From contig OZ024751.1 of NCBI GenBank assembly GCA_964016885.1, positions 52,762,001-52,826,000 on the forward strand: a stretch of DNA of 64,000 nt, written 5' to 3'. Origin of the DNA: Eledone cirrhosa. Its lineage: Eukaryota. Both the position numbers and the translations under genes were made by a program. Positions 21,369-35,320 of the stretch are shown in pieces (the stretch's first letter is position 1; the number at the start of each line of letters is the position of its first letter). Under the pieces are notes generated by a model. It made no database searches and was not told the origin of the DNA. It worked only from the letters and a program-made list of their open reading frames with translations.

Positions 21369-22604
21369 TATGCACGGCCTAGAATCAAAAGGCCTTAAAA
21401 TTAACCTGGCTAAGACTAAATTTCTAGTATGTAGGAAAGAAAATAAGGCACCGGTCCCTTCCGGGAAATGGCCATGCTCAGTGTGTAGGAAAGGCGTAGG
21501 TAGAAACTCCATTTTATGTCCCAAATGCAAAATATGGGTGCATAAAAGATGTGGGATCACAGGTAAGCTAACTAAGAACACAGATTTTACATATGGCCCG
21601 TGCTCTGGTGCAATAAGTAGCAGCAAGTGCCCACAAAATACTAGCTCTTTCAATTGCGCAGAGGGTTCTATAGAAATAGTGGACAGCTTCCGTTACCTGG
21701 GTGACAAAATCAGCAGTGAGGTAGAGTGCTCTGAAAGTACAGTAGCTAGAGTCAGAACTGGATGGAAAAAGTTCAGAGAGCTTATACCACTATTAGCCGC
21801 TAAAAGGTTATCCCTAAAAATGAAAGGCAGGCTGTATGATGCCTGCATACGAACAGCAATGTTGCATGGCAGTGAGACCTGGGTATTGTGTGCAGAGGAT
21901 ATACGCAGACTAGAGAGGAACGAAGCTTGCATGCTCCGCTGGATGTGTAATAGTAATATACCCAAACGGCAAAGCATAAACGAACTAAGGGAAAAATTAG
22001 AAATAAGAGGGATCAGATGTTGTTTACTCGAGAGAAGGCTACGTTGGTATGGTCACGTGATGCGCATGAAAGACGACAGCTGTATAAAAAAGTGCAGGGA
22101 AATAAAGATAGATGGTAGCCACGGAGTAGGCAGACCCAGAAAAACCTGGGACGACCTGATAAATTCCGACCTCACACACTTACACCTCTCCAAGACAGTG
22201 TCACTGGACCGAGATTTTTGGCTGTACTCAGTAATAGAGAAGACCCGCCTTACCTAAATACAAAGTAAAACCTACTACAGTCAGTAGGCATCTCTAACAA
22301 AATACACCCCCGTCCCACCATCCCCACCGCCCCTTTCAATGTAAAGTTATGTTGTTGCCACAACATTCAGGCCGAAACAAATGAGATCGTGTAGGTGTCA
22401 CGACAAAAAAAACACACAGTCCACGCTGTAATGTGGCCATGTAGGCAACACGGTAAAAACCTCCCAGTCCCACACTGTAAATGTGGTTGGTGTTAGGAAG
22501 GGCATCCAGCAGTAGAAAACACGCCAGACAGTCCACGCTGTAATGTGGCTGTGTAGGCAACACGGTAAAAACCTCCCAGCCCCACACTGTAAATATGGTT
22601 GGTG
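21364..22604 (+). mobile_element. 5'-truncated RTE copy, duplicate of 11099-12200, frame open to 22257
   Basis: Same 5' breakpoint and same upstream PLE-A stub; tail partly duplicated (22418-22603). Confidence 0.9.
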
Positions 22605-22751
22605 TATATTTATAAATATATAATAAATTGAAGTGAAACAACTGGTGCGTGTGTTTCTTATTGGCAACATGACCCTCCCAAAGTATAACAATATCGGTTT
22701 CAACACACGATTTCAGATAAAGAATCTTGCTAAACAAATTCAGAAACGAAA
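22605..22751 (+). mobile_element. PLE family D terminal fragment
   Basis: Reverse complement of 2859-2950, extended about 60 bp beyond the terminus seen there. Confidence 0.75.
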
Positions 22752-22770
22752 TATATATATATATATACAT

Positions 22771-22815
<45 letters not shown>

Positions 22816-22840
22816 TATATATATATATATATATATATAT

Positions 22841-22891
<51 letters not shown>

Positions 22892-22940
22892 TATAGATAG
22901 GTAAATATACACGGGTGTGTATGATTGTGTATAGAAGATT

Positions 22941-23330
22941 ATATTAATAAGAGGAATTCCAACTTTGTCTCATTTACTCGTTTTATTTACAATCCTTTAA
23001 AATATATATAATATGGTATTATAATGAAATAGTATGATAGAATATTAAATTCTAAGTGTTAATTGAACAAGTACTTTCATGCTTTCGCAATCTTCAGGTT
23101 CATGATATGTGGTGACAGTCGAGTTTGCAATTTTGAACTGTTGAAAATTGCAAACTCTACTGTCACCACAGATCATGAACCTGAAGATTGCGAAAGCATG
23201 AAAGTACTTGTTCAATTAACACTTAGAATTTAATATTCTATCATACTATTTCATTATAATACCATATTATATATATTTTAAAGGATTGTAAATAAAACGA
23301 GTAAATCAGACAAAGTTGGAATTCCTCTTA

Positions 23331-23338
<8 letters not shown>
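22941..23338. repeat. Near-perfect spacerless palindrome, arms about 197 bp (family G), with a hammerhead in each arm
   Basis: Arms match by reverse complement around a centre at about 23139; flanked by the GTTTA-variant (TA)n. Confidence 0.92.
23176..23214 (+). ncRNA. Minimal hammerhead, family G (mirror copy at 23064-23102, minus strand)
   Basis: tgaac-CTGAAGA-t tgc GAAA gca t-GAAA-gtacT-T-gttca. 5-bp stem I, GNRA-capped stem II with U.U at its base, AGTACT palindrome. Confidence 0.65.
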
Positions 23339-23364
<26 letters not shown>

Positions 23365-23435
23365 TATATATATATATATATGTTTATATATATATATATA
23401 TATATATATGTTTATATATATATATATATATATAT

Positions 23436-23482
<47 letters not shown>

Positions 23483-23529
23483 TATATATATATATATATA
23501 TATGTTTATATATATAGATATATATATAT

Positions 23530-23580
<51 letters not shown>

Positions 23581-23605
23581 TATATATATATAGATATATA
23601 TATAT

Positions 23606-23656
<51 letters not shown>

Positions 23657-23861
23657 TATATATATAGATATATATATATGTTTATATATATATATATATA
23701 TATATATGTTTATATATATATATATATATATATATGTTTATATATATATATATATATGTTTATATATATATATATATATGTTTATATATATATATATATA
23801 TATATATAATGTTTATATATATAGATATATAGATATGTTTATATATATATATTTATATATA

Positions 23862-23896
<35 letters not shown>

Positions 23897-23980
23897 TCTT
23901 TTACTCTTTTACCTGTTTCAGCCATCCGGCTGAGGCCATATATATATATATATAAACATATATATATATCTATATATATA

Positions 23981-24022
<42 letters not shown>

Positions 24023-24048
24023 GTTTATAGATATATATATATATATAT

Positions 24049-24109
<61 letters not shown>

Positions 24110-24194
24110 GTTTATATATATAGATATATATATATGTTTATATATATAGATATATATATATATATAATGTTTATATATATAGATATATATATAT

Positions 24195-24247
<53 letters not shown>

Positions 24248-24270
24248 TATATATATAGATATATATATAT

Positions 24271-24322
<52 letters not shown>

Positions 24323-24374
24323 GTTTATATATATATATATATGTTTATATATATATATATATATGTTTATATAT
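23339..24374. repeat. (TA)n array with TGTTTA and TAGA variants; contains a 45-bp LINE tail stub at 23894-23938
   Basis: The stub is identical to the start of 24375-24419. Confidence 0.92.
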
Positions 24375-27300
24375 ACTCTTTTACTCTTTTACCTGTTTCA
24401 GCCATCCGGCTGAGGCCATGCTGGGGCACCGCCCTTGTTGCTACACATTTTATCTCCAGCCTGTATAGGTTAGCCACTGGTGTAAGAGGGAGTTTGTTGC
24501 TGCTGCCCTTAGGTTTCCCTCATGTCTTGCTGTGGGTTCATCCGGGATCCTGGATAACAAGGTGTCGAGATGTTTCTTGAAGACATCCACCTCCACGTCA
24601 TGCAAGTCTCTCAGATCCCTCGGCAGCCTGTTGAAGAGTTGAGGGGCCTTGAATCCCAGGCTATTGCAATACGTGCTCCTTATTCTAGATGTGGAAGACG
24701 GGACCTTTGGCACCACACAGTGACGTCCTGTTCGACGGTTGGTCCAGCTCCCAATGCCAAAGTTTGGTGCTAGTCCCTCCAGGATTTTCCACATGTAGAT
24801 CACTGCGTATCTCTCCCGTCTTCGCTCCAAGGAGTAGACGTTCAGTTCCTTCAGCCTCTCCCAGTAGCTTGTCTCCCTCATCTTGGCAATGCTGTTGGTG
24901 TAGCTTCGCTGGATTGCCTCAAGCTCCGTGGTTAGTTTGACACTATGGGATGACCACAACTGGGAGCAGTAGTCCAGGCGGATTAGGACAAATGTCCTCC
25001 ATAGTGTCAACATGGGTGTCTCGATCTCTTGTCCGGAAAGTCCTCAAGATCCAGCCAGCGAGTCGTCTGCACATTGTCGCCACTTCCATGATGTGTGAAG
25101 AAAAAGATGCATCATCGCTCATGTCTATGCCCAGGTCTCGTATCGATTTTGACACGGGGATATCGGTCCCTCCTGGTCCTGTGTAGTTGTGTTCCACTAT
25201 ATTTGTGTTTGCAGGTTTGTATTGTAGGGCTTGGAATTTGCCAGCATTAAACTGCATGTTGTTTTCTTCCGCCCATTTGTATATGGCAGCCAGATCCTGC
25301 TGTAAAAGGGCAGCATCAGCCAGGTTTTTGATTGCCTGTGCTACCTTAGTGTCATCAGCATAGCTAATGAGGGATGTTGTTGTATGCACTACAGAGGGCA
25401 TGTCTGAGAGAGCCACCAAAAACAGTAGTGGTCCCAGGACTGTCCCCTTGGGCACCCCACTTGTTATTGGTGTTTCCCTCGAGAAGTCCCCATTGTTGCG
25501 ACTGCCTGGCTTCTGTCCCTTAGGAAGCCATGCAGCCACTCACCTACTTTTCCAGTTATGCCGAGTCCGTGTAGTTTGTGACATATCATTCCGTGGTCGA
25601 CCTTGTCAAAGGCCTTCGCAAAGTCAAGATATATCACGTCCACATGTGAGCTGTCTAGTAGTTGTCTCAGTACCCAGTCGTAGTGATGTAGCAGCTGTGT
25701 AAGGCAGCTTCTTCCTGGGCGGAAGCCATGTTGCGTGCTAGTCAGGCGGTCATTTTCCTCGAGGAAAGTGATCAGTTTCTTTCTGACGACTCGCTCCATG
25801 ACCTTACTGATATGCGACGTCAGGGAGACTGGCCTATAGTTCTTGGCCTCAGCTCTGCTACCTCCTTTATGGATAGGGCATATTATGCCTTCTTTCAGCT
25901 CCCTGGGTAGTACACCGCTAGCCAAGGAGCTTCTGAAGAGCTTCTTCAGTGGAGTTGCTAGGCCCACTTACATATTTTTAAGAGAACTGCTGGGAATCCA
26001 TCAGGTCAGGCAGCCGAGTCTGTTCTAATTTCATCAATGGCGTACACCACATCCTCCTCCGTTATGTCTATGTGGTTGATGGTTGCCATTTCTTGATGTA
26101 GTGTTGTGGCATCAAAGAACTCCTCTGGCTTCGTTATTTGCATGTGCCTCAGTGGACATGCGAACACACTTTTGTACTGTTCGTTCAGTATTTCACATAT
26201 CTCTTGGGGTTTTCGGTAATGAACCATCCGTGTGGAAGAGTGGCCCAATCTTGCAGTGTACTGAGGCAGTTTCTTTGCAAATTTAAAGAAGGCCTTAGGG
26301 TTTGTTTTAATGTTTTCTATGGCCCTGTTCTCTTTCTTTGCCCTCTCATTCTCATGTGAAAGTTTGAGTGCAATCTCGGTGTCAAGTAGTGCACGTTTCA
26401 AATAGGATTCCTTCTTGTTTTTGTTTTGTTGACTATTCAACTGGTTTGAGAGTTTAGTTCTACGTCTCATAAGGATTTTCCTATCTCTGGGAATAAGATT
26501 TTTGTGTCTGTTTGCCTCTTTCACCAGGACAAACTTTTTGCATATAGTGTGTATCGTTGTCATGAAGTGTGAAATTGTGTGTTAGTGTCTTGTGTGGCGG
26601 TGTTTTCACTCCCTGTTTCCTTCCGGATTTCTCTCTTAATCTTTTTCCAGTTAGCCTTGTAGAAGTTAAGGCTGGATAGCGTCCCGGAGCTTCTTGGTGG
26701 TTTTGTCTCTGTTGGTTCTCTTGGACCACATATCATTAGCTCTACTAAGTTATGATCCGAGAGAATTGTTGGTGGCACCTTTACATTGTGGATGAGCACT
26801 TCGTTGTTTGTAAAACAGAGGTCCAGGACATTTTCGCCTCTTGTTGGGAGGAGTATTGCTTGCTCCATGAACAGCCTGTGTGTGAGGGCCAGCAGGGATT
26901 CCGTCTGTCTCTGTTCTATGACGTCATTCCAGGGAGGAGGTGGCCCTCAGGCCATTTGACCTTTGGTAGGTTGAAGTCTCCCAGCAGTAGGATGTTGAGA
27001 CCCTGGTCCAGTTTGTCAAGGACCTCTTCTATCCTACTTAGGCTATCCTCAAATTTACCCTCATGACTGGGGGCATCGGGCGGCCGATATGTGACACATA
27101 TTACTGTCTGTAGTTGCTTCATATGTATTATCAGTGTGTCACAGACTGAGTTTGAATGTGTCAACAGTACAATTGTGTGACATCTTCACGGATATACAGA
27201 GCAACCCCACCATGAATTCTCTCCTTCCTGTCCGAACGAAATACAGTATATTTCGGTATATGTATTTCTGCATCTGCTATACTGCTTGTCAGGTGCGTTT

Positions 27301-27913
27301 CGGTTAGTGCATGCATAGTGCGTGATTGCTTATGGCTAAGTCTCCCAGGTAGGAAATTTTACTCATGTTGCTGAGTTTCACCAGGCTCCTGACATTCAGC
27401 AGCAGCACTGGTGTGACTTTTGGGGTGCCAGTAATGGCTGTCGGTATGACACCTGGTCTGGTGTCAGCGGCGGCCACTCTGGGTCTCTCGAGTGCTGGTG
27501 TGGATGACCCTGGCTCTGGAGACGATGCAGCCTGGTCAACTGTCCCACAATCTTCTCTGCCATCACAAAAAAAATTTGTCTGCTCTGCTGCTGCCATCTG
27601 TATCTCGTCGGCATGTGCGTGCCTTCTCCTTGTTGGTGCGGCACGCGCGACATCAGCATACTTCTGGAGCGCTTATTTCGGCTTTGGCTGTGGCATGTTG
27701 CGTGAGTAGGATGGGCATAGTTCGTTTGAGACCTAGGGTGGGCGAATCTGCATCTCATCCCTGTCTCTCCATGCCAGCATGTCCCGTTCTGAAAAACTTG
27801 CACATTACTTGGGTTTTTTTTGCTCCAGTGTCTCGGTGCTTTCTGTTCTTCCTTTGAACAGTTGTCCACTGGTCCCTCTGCGCTTGGTTCTCCTTCGGAG
27901 GGTGATTTCGCTT
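24375..27913 (-). mobile_element. CR1/L2-group LINE, nearly full length, multiply frameshifted (ORF1 remnant, APE, RT)
   Basis: APE motifs LLLNVRSL, YRPP, LLGDFN, PTRGENVLDL, SDHNLV. RT motifs NYRPVSLTS, QHGFRPG, YLDFAKAFDKVDH, GVPKGTVLGPLLF, YADDTK. (AAAAGAGT)n tail; runs into the gap. Confidence 0.9.
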
Positions 27914-28113
27914 NNNNNNNNNNNNNNNNNNNNNNNNNNNNNNNNNNNNNNNNNNNNNNNNNNNNNNNNNNNNNNNNNNNNNNNNNNNNNNNNNNNNNNN
28001 NNNNNNNNNNNNNNNNNNNNNNNNNNNNNNNNNNNNNNNNNNNNNNNNNNNNNNNNNNNNNNNNNNNNNNNNNNNNNNNNNNNNNNNNNNNNNNNNNNNN
28101 NNNNNNNNNNNNN
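27914..28113. other. Assembly gap (200 N)
   Basis: Run of N. Confidence 1.
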
Positions 28114-28873
28114 TAAGCACGTGGGAAAGTGAAAAATCGGAGAATAGACCATTAAAACATGTTTATTAAAAATATCACCTACGTACGTTTCGCCACAATA
28201 GCGTTAAACATTATATAGGGGCCACCTCCGGCCCGTTCAAAATTAGGTTTCGAACACATCTCCACTCTTTCACAAATAGAAAACTAAGGCACTCCACCTC
28301 GCTCGCGGACTACATCACATCACTTAAACATTAGCTTCTCCACGCACTAGGAGATTGTCGACAGGGCTGCACCGTACAACTTCAAGAGGAAATGCGATCT
28401 TTGCCTCATGGAGCTCTACCACATCATAACTGCACCCCACGAGCTCATCAACAGCAGAGCTGAAACAGCGATAAGTTGAACACATCGCTTAAAAATATCC
28501 TTCTTTAGATGGGTTAAGAATGGAGAGTGAAATAACACACTGGATCTCCCTGCAACAAGTCTTAACACCCCGGCGGGCAGGCGCAGCAAAACAACACCCA
28601 GAAAACGATCCCTGCATACCAAAAATTATCCGGGAAAGACTGCCCTAACACCGGCCAAAGTTACCTCCCTTGACCTGCTGCAAAATCAAAACAAGATATT
28701 TTTGCGAGCGATGAATCTTGATGTCGATTTAACCCCCAAATCTCTTTCCAAACTATATAAGGAACACTTGTGACTGTTTATGCCCTTGAGAAGCCCAACT
28801 GGGCGAAACGTAAGTAGGTGATATTTTCAATAAACATGTTTTAACGGTCTATTCTCCGATTTTTCACTTTCCC
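28114..28873 (+). mobile_element. PLE family B short copy: inverted terminal piece (28114-28193, minus) joined to a 3' fragment (28194-28873, plus)
   Basis: 28194-28873 is the reverse complement of 13007-13746 with deletions; hammerhead at 28779-28823 (TTGAGAA gccc aact gggc GAAA cgtaagTA). Confidence 0.88.
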
Positions 28874-30013
<1,140 letters not shown>

Positions 30014-30107
30014 TAACGAAGGAAATGTGGTAAGGAACCAGGTGGACCATAACGCACCAAAGTACTCAATACTTGTGGTAGTAGAGTGGGTAATAGGAAC
30101 CAGTAAG

Positions 30108-30201
30108 ACTCCGACAGCTGAGCTCAAGCCGTTTCGACGGCTAATTCTGGACTAAATGAAAATTTATCCTGGTATTTAAATAGCCGATCTTCTCAAGGGG
30201 T
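30108..30201 (-). ncRNA. Hammerhead family A in the downstream pLTR
   Basis: Same fold as 937-1030, with one stem I mismatch (ggagt). Confidence 0.75.
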
Positions 30202-31310
30202 AATTCCATATATGGTCAAAGTGATTGTCAAAAATCAGTAGTAATTCTGTGGTTGCAAATTAGTAGGGGAGATGGTGGCTAAACCTGCCAGTAGGAGAAA
30301 GAGGGGAGGGGGTGGAGTAGACCCAATCAAGCGTTGGTAGTGCCAGCTACAGCTGGGCATGAGGTCAAAGAAGATACAGGGGAGGGGGAGGGGGATGAAG
30401 TCGGAACGGTAGGTAGAACAATGGGGGGTAGAAATATAGGAAGGAAAAAATACTGAGAGTGAAGAAAAACAAATAAGTGTAAAGAAAAAAGTAAAGTAAA
30501 TTAAATTCTACGACCTAGGTGTCAGGCTATTGTTAGGCTAGAATAAAATAAAGAAAGAAAGAAAGAAGTAAAGAAAGAAATAAATAAAGAAATAACGAAA
30601 TAAGTAAAAGAACTAGGTGGGACGGAATAGACAAATACCCTTTTAAGAGGTATAAGTACGTAAATGATACGGTGACGGGTCAACAAAAGGGGCCAAAATA
30701 CTAAAGAGACTACCACGAAATAAACAATAAAGGTTTCCATCCCGGGCCAGCAACGACCCAGTGCAGCAAAGTGAACTTGTACGAGATAATAATTCTAGGT
30801 CCCGAGAAAAATATATACTAATGCTAACTCTAAAAGATCTAAAACAAGCTACATGAAAGTTCGTACGAAATAAAGGTAGAATACGGAGAAATAAATTCAG
30901 AATCCACCCCGCCCAGAAGAAAAGCGAAGCAAGAAATACTGAAACGAAAAAATAAGGCATAAGTGCCACTAAGAAATATAGAGGGCACAGAGAATAGTGG
31001 GAGCAGTCGGAAAGAGGGGGCAAGTATCCGGGGTCTAAGCCAACTGCTATAAAGGGCGGAGTCCGCCAAATCTATCATAGACTAGGGGAGGGGGTGGTGG
31101 GGGTACTAAGGCTACATGGGGCCAAAGGGCAGCCTCGGGTGGGCGAGAAAAGACGCCGACAAAGGAGAAGAGCTGGGGTAGAAGGACAAAGGAGAGAGGG
31201 GTAAGGAAATAAAGGAAGCGATAAAAGAATACAAAGAAGATCTTACGTCTTCCTTGGCAAGCAGGGGTTACCCATTGCAAAATCGGCAAGTGGGGTGTTA
31301 TAGCCCTAGT

Positions 31311-33464
31311 CTACCCCCCCGGGTCATTATGGGGTTTGAGGGCGAGGTAAGTCCTACGCAATCTATGTTTACATGCAGTAACCAGTTCATCTTTCTTGTT
31401 TAGGAGTTGGACCGTCGAAAACAGCATTTGTAAAGTTTCCTCCGAGCATAAATTGCACGGACGGCGTCCTCCCGTGTAAGAATTGGCTCTGGACAGTAAT
31501 CTCCAAGTGAGATCATAGGTGATGTTGTTGTCCTTGAGGTCCCATATGTGGCCCGAAAGTGTAGTGGCGTGACGCCGGGCCGGGTTTCGGAAGGTATGTC
31601 TATGTTGGTATAGCCGGGTCTTGAAGTCACATGCGGTAAGTCCTATATAGGCTTTGTTGTAGGTATCCGTCCTCACGTTGCACTGGTAGATCACATTACG
31701 GTCTCTGCATCTATTGTCGAGTGGGCAAATAGATCTATCCGGGCAGTTACACCTGCTGGTCGGTTCTCCACTGCTATTTAGGTTATTTCTGCCATCGGGG
31801 TTGAGTTTTTTGTTGTTAGAGGAGACGATGTTTTGTGCGAAGTTTGGTGTAGTGCTGTAAGAGAGTTTGATGGTATTTTTGTTAATTATGTTGTGGTAGC
31901 GGTGTTGTAATGGGAAGTGTTTTTCAATGAGCCTAAAGAATAGTTTCCCGATGGGAGTAGTCACCTCTGCGTTGTGGGGAGGATTGAACCATGTTACATT
32001 GCGTGAGCGGCGGTGTCTCCTGCTGGTTCCGCTAATGGGAGCTCGACAGTAGGATATTTCCTCCCGGAAACCACTCCGCTTGAGGGCCTGGTTGTAATAA
32101 GGCGCATGTTCATCGAATATCCGCTCATTAGCTGACAAACGGGATATGCGGAGGGAGATGTTTTTGACCAGGTTGTTTGTGATGTTCCTAGGATGGTTTG
32201 ATCGGCGGTGGATGTAGTGCAGATTGTCATTAGGTTTCCTGTATGGGTAGTACAGGTCGTTTTCGAGGTCGAGGGTCACGTCCAGGAAGTTTACTCGGGT
32301 CAGGGACGTTTGTAGGGTTATTTTAAATCCCCAGTCGCGGAAGAATCTGATTAATTGTTTCCGGACCCGATCTGTACTACTGGGGTTGTACCCTTTAAGG
32401 GTAAGGAGCCCATCATCACGGTACAATCCACCACCGAATGCAGGAAACATATCAGTGAGTTTGGCTATTAGGAATAATCCTATAAGATCTGTGACCTCCG
32501 CCGAATCCGTGGCGCCCATGCTGACGTCGAAGGGTGAGTCGGGAGCTCTTTTTATCCATTTAGAGTCGTCAAAGAGTAAGACTGTCTTCCTGGCGTGGAG
32601 GATGATTTTTCTTTCCTGGTCGGTGATGGGCACAAGTGTTTCGGCGAAGTCCAAGGCGGCAGTAAGTAGCGGTAAGGTGATTGAAGCATAGTAGCTCTCT
32701 ATGTCGAACTGTATGAATTTAGTTTCTCGTTTATCCTCCATATTGCTGAACCAGGAGATTACTTCCTGGGTGTTGATCCATAGGCTAAGTCGGGTGTGTT
32801 GCTTGACTTTTGGTATCACGCGGTCTAGGATTTTTTTGCTGATTCTCCCTATGTCGGACTTCGTTGGGTTAATAAGCCTGATAGAGGGTTTACGGTCAAA
32901 ATCGGATTTATGGTCCTTCAGTGTGAAGTATGGTGTCCGTGGGTCTAGAGGTTCCGTGCGGTCGGCGACCCCGAGGCTGGAGGTGATTTGTTGTCCATCT
33001 CGATTTATGTCCTCGATGCAAGAGTGGTTGGCCTTTTTATAGGTGGAGTTTAGGCTGCTCCTGATCAGTGTGTGGTATCTGTCAGGGTTGACAAAGTATA
33101 GGTTCCCAGTTTTATCCGAATGCACCATGATGTCATTTGTGTTATCATACTCCGTTAAGTTGCTACGGAGTTTTTGTAGGAATCGGTTGTGTCTGGGTTT
33201 AAATTTAATGTTCTTGACCAGTTGGAAGAGGTCATTCTCGAAGGGTGCGAGCAAGGGGTTCAGGGGCGGAGATTTGTAGGTAATAAATCCGAATCTCTCC
33301 TTGGTGCCGAAGTCTTGGTTGTCGCAATATCTGTCATAGAAAAAAGTTCTCCATCTAAGTCTTTTCGCAAATAGATCGATTTTTTGCGTGAGCATCCGAA
33401 GGTAAAGTTTTTTCGGTGGGATTGGGATGTTCTTGGTAGAGAAGTCAATGTTGTGTTTTCGCAT
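31311..33464 (-). CDS. PLE reverse transcriptase with C-terminal GIY-YIG endonuclease, 717 aa from the first ATG (MRKHNIDFSTKNIPIP)
   Basis: SDKTGN, FTLKDHK, IRLINP, FIQFDIESYYASI, FDVSMGA, LYRDDGL, NFLDVTL, SNHP, WFNPP, CNCPDRSICPLDNRC, VIYQC..AYIGLT, CNLCSEE, CKHR; no stops. Confidence 0.93.
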   Translation of the reverse strand: MRKHNIDFSTKNIPIPPKKLYLRMLTQKIDLFAKRLRWRTFFYDRYCDNQDFGTKERFGFITYKSPPLNPLLAPFENDLFQLVKNIKFKPRHNRFLQKLRSNLTEYDNTNDIMVHSDKTGNLYFVNPDRYHTLIRSSLNSTYKKANHSCIEDINRDGQQITSSLGVADRTEPLDPRTPYFTLKDHKSDFDRKPSIRLINPTKSDIGRISKKILDRVIPKVKQHTRLSLWINTQEVISWFSNMEDKRETKFIQFDIESYYASITLPLLTAALDFAETLVPITDQERKIILHARKTVLLFDDSKWIKRAPDSPFDVSMGATDSAEVTDLIGLFLIAKLTDMFPAFGGGLYRDDGLLTLKGYNPSSTDRVRKQLIRFFRDWGFKITLQTSLTRVNFLDVTLDLENDLYYPYRKPNDNLHYIHRRSNHPRNITNNLVKNISLRISRLSANERIFDEHAPYYNQALKRSGFREEISYCRAPISGTSRRHRRSRNVTWFNPPHNAEVTTPIGKLFFRLIEKHFPLQHRYHNIINKNTIKLSYSTTPNFAQNIVSSNNKKLNPDGRNNLNSSGEPTSRCNCPDRSICPLDNRCRDRNVIYQCNVRTDTYNKAYIGLTACDFKTRLYQHRHTFRNPARRHATTLSGHIWDLKDNNITYDLTWRLLSRANSYTGGRRPCNLCSEETLQMLFSTVQLLNKKDELVTACKHRLRRTYLALKPHNDPGG

Positions 33465-33649
33465 GGTGCGGGTGAAATGAATTGAGCTTAGCGGAAAAGT
33501 CTGGATACGGCGTGGTAGGGTCGGAAAGTGCTCTACTACGGGAGTAGGAGCTAGATAACGAAGGAAATGTGGTAAGGAACCAGGTGGACCATAACGCACC
33601 AAAGTACTCAATACTTGTGGTAGTAGAGTGGGTAATAGGAACCAGTAAG

Positions 33650-33743
33650 ACCCCGACAGCTGAGCTCAAGCCGTTTCGACGGCTAATTCTGGACTAAATG
33701 AAAATTTATCCTGGTATTTAAATAGCCGATCTTCTCAAGGGGT
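33650..33743 (-). ncRNA. Hammerhead family A in the upstream pLTR
   Basis: Same fold with stem I intact. Confidence 0.8.
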
Positions 33744-34644
33744 AATTCCATATATGGTCAAAGTGATTGTCAAAAATCAGTAGTAATTCTGTGGTTGCAA
33801 ATTAGTAGGGGAGATGGTGGCTAAACGTGCCAGTAGGAGAAAGAGGAGAGGGGGTGGAGTAGACCCAATCAAGCGTTGGTAGTGCCAGCTACAGCTGGGC
33901 ATGAGGTCAAAGAAGATACAGGGGAGGGGGAGGGGGAGGAAGTCGGAACGGTAGGTAGAACAATGGGGGGTAGAAATATAGGAAGGAAAAAATACTGAGA
34001 GTGAAGAAAAGCAAATAAGTGTAAAGAAAAAAGTAAAGTAAATTAAATTCTACGACCTAGGTGTCAGGCTATTGTTAGGCTAGAATAAAATAAAGAAAGA
34101 AAGAAAGAAGTAAAGAAAGAAATAATGAAATAAGTAAAAGAACTAGGTGGGACGGAATAGGCAAAGACCCTTTTAAGAGGTATAAGTACGTAAATGATAC
34201 GGTGACGGGTCAACAAAAGGGGCCAAAATACTAAAGAGACTACCACGAAATAAACAATAAAGGTTTCCATCCCGGGCCAGCAACGACCCAGTGCAGCAAA
34301 GTGAACTTGTACGAGATAATAATTCTAGGTCCCGAGAAAAATATATACTAATGCTAACTCTAAAAGATCTAAAACAAGCTACATGAAAGTTCGTACGAAA
34401 TAAAGGTAGAATACGGAGAAATAAATTCAGAATCCACCCGCCCAAAAGAAAAGCGAAGAAAGAAATACTGAAACGAAAAAATAAGGCATAAGTGCCACTA
34501 AGAAATATAGAGGGCACAGAGAATAGTGGGAGCGGTCGGAAAGAGGGGGCAAGTATCCGGGGTCTAAGCCAACTGCTATAAAGGGCGGAGTCCGCCAAAT
34601 CTCTATATATATATATTATATATATATTATATATATATATATAT

Positions 34645-34675
<31 letters not shown>

Positions 34676-34708
34676 ATATATATATATATATTATATATAT
34701 ATTATATA

Positions 34709-34757
<49 letters not shown>

Positions 34758-35013
34758 TTATATATATATATATATTATATTTATATATATATATATATAT
34801 TATATTTATATATATATATATATATATATATTATATTTATATATATATATATATATATATTATATTTATATATATATATATATATATTATATTTATATAT
34901 ATATATATATTATATATATATATACATATATATATATATTATATATATATATGCATATATATATATATACATATATATATATATTATATATATATATACA
35001 TATATATATATAT

Positions 35014-35044
<31 letters not shown>

Positions 35045-35171
35045 TATATATATATACATATATATATTATATATATATACATATATATATATATTATATA
35101 TATATACATATATATATATATTATATATATATACACATATATATTATATATATATACATATATATATATAT

Positions 35172-35296
<125 letters not shown>

Positions 35297-35320
35297 TATA
35301 TATACATATATATATATATA

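Larger units (their letters stand above)
30014..34602 (-). mobile_element. Apparently intact Penelope-like retroelement, family A, with direct pseudo-LTRs
   Basis: 33555-34602 is a near-identical direct repeat of 30014-31072; a single ORF lies between; inserted in (TA)n. Confidence 0.95.

Noticed and set aside
28173-28193. Additional family B hammerhead
   Set aside because: Only the GAAA/stem III half is present; the inversion junction removes the rest.
33465-33611. N-terminal 49 aa of the 766-aa ORF call
   Set aside because: It starts at TTG inside the pLTR; the first ATG at 33464 precedes the conserved-looking N-terminus.
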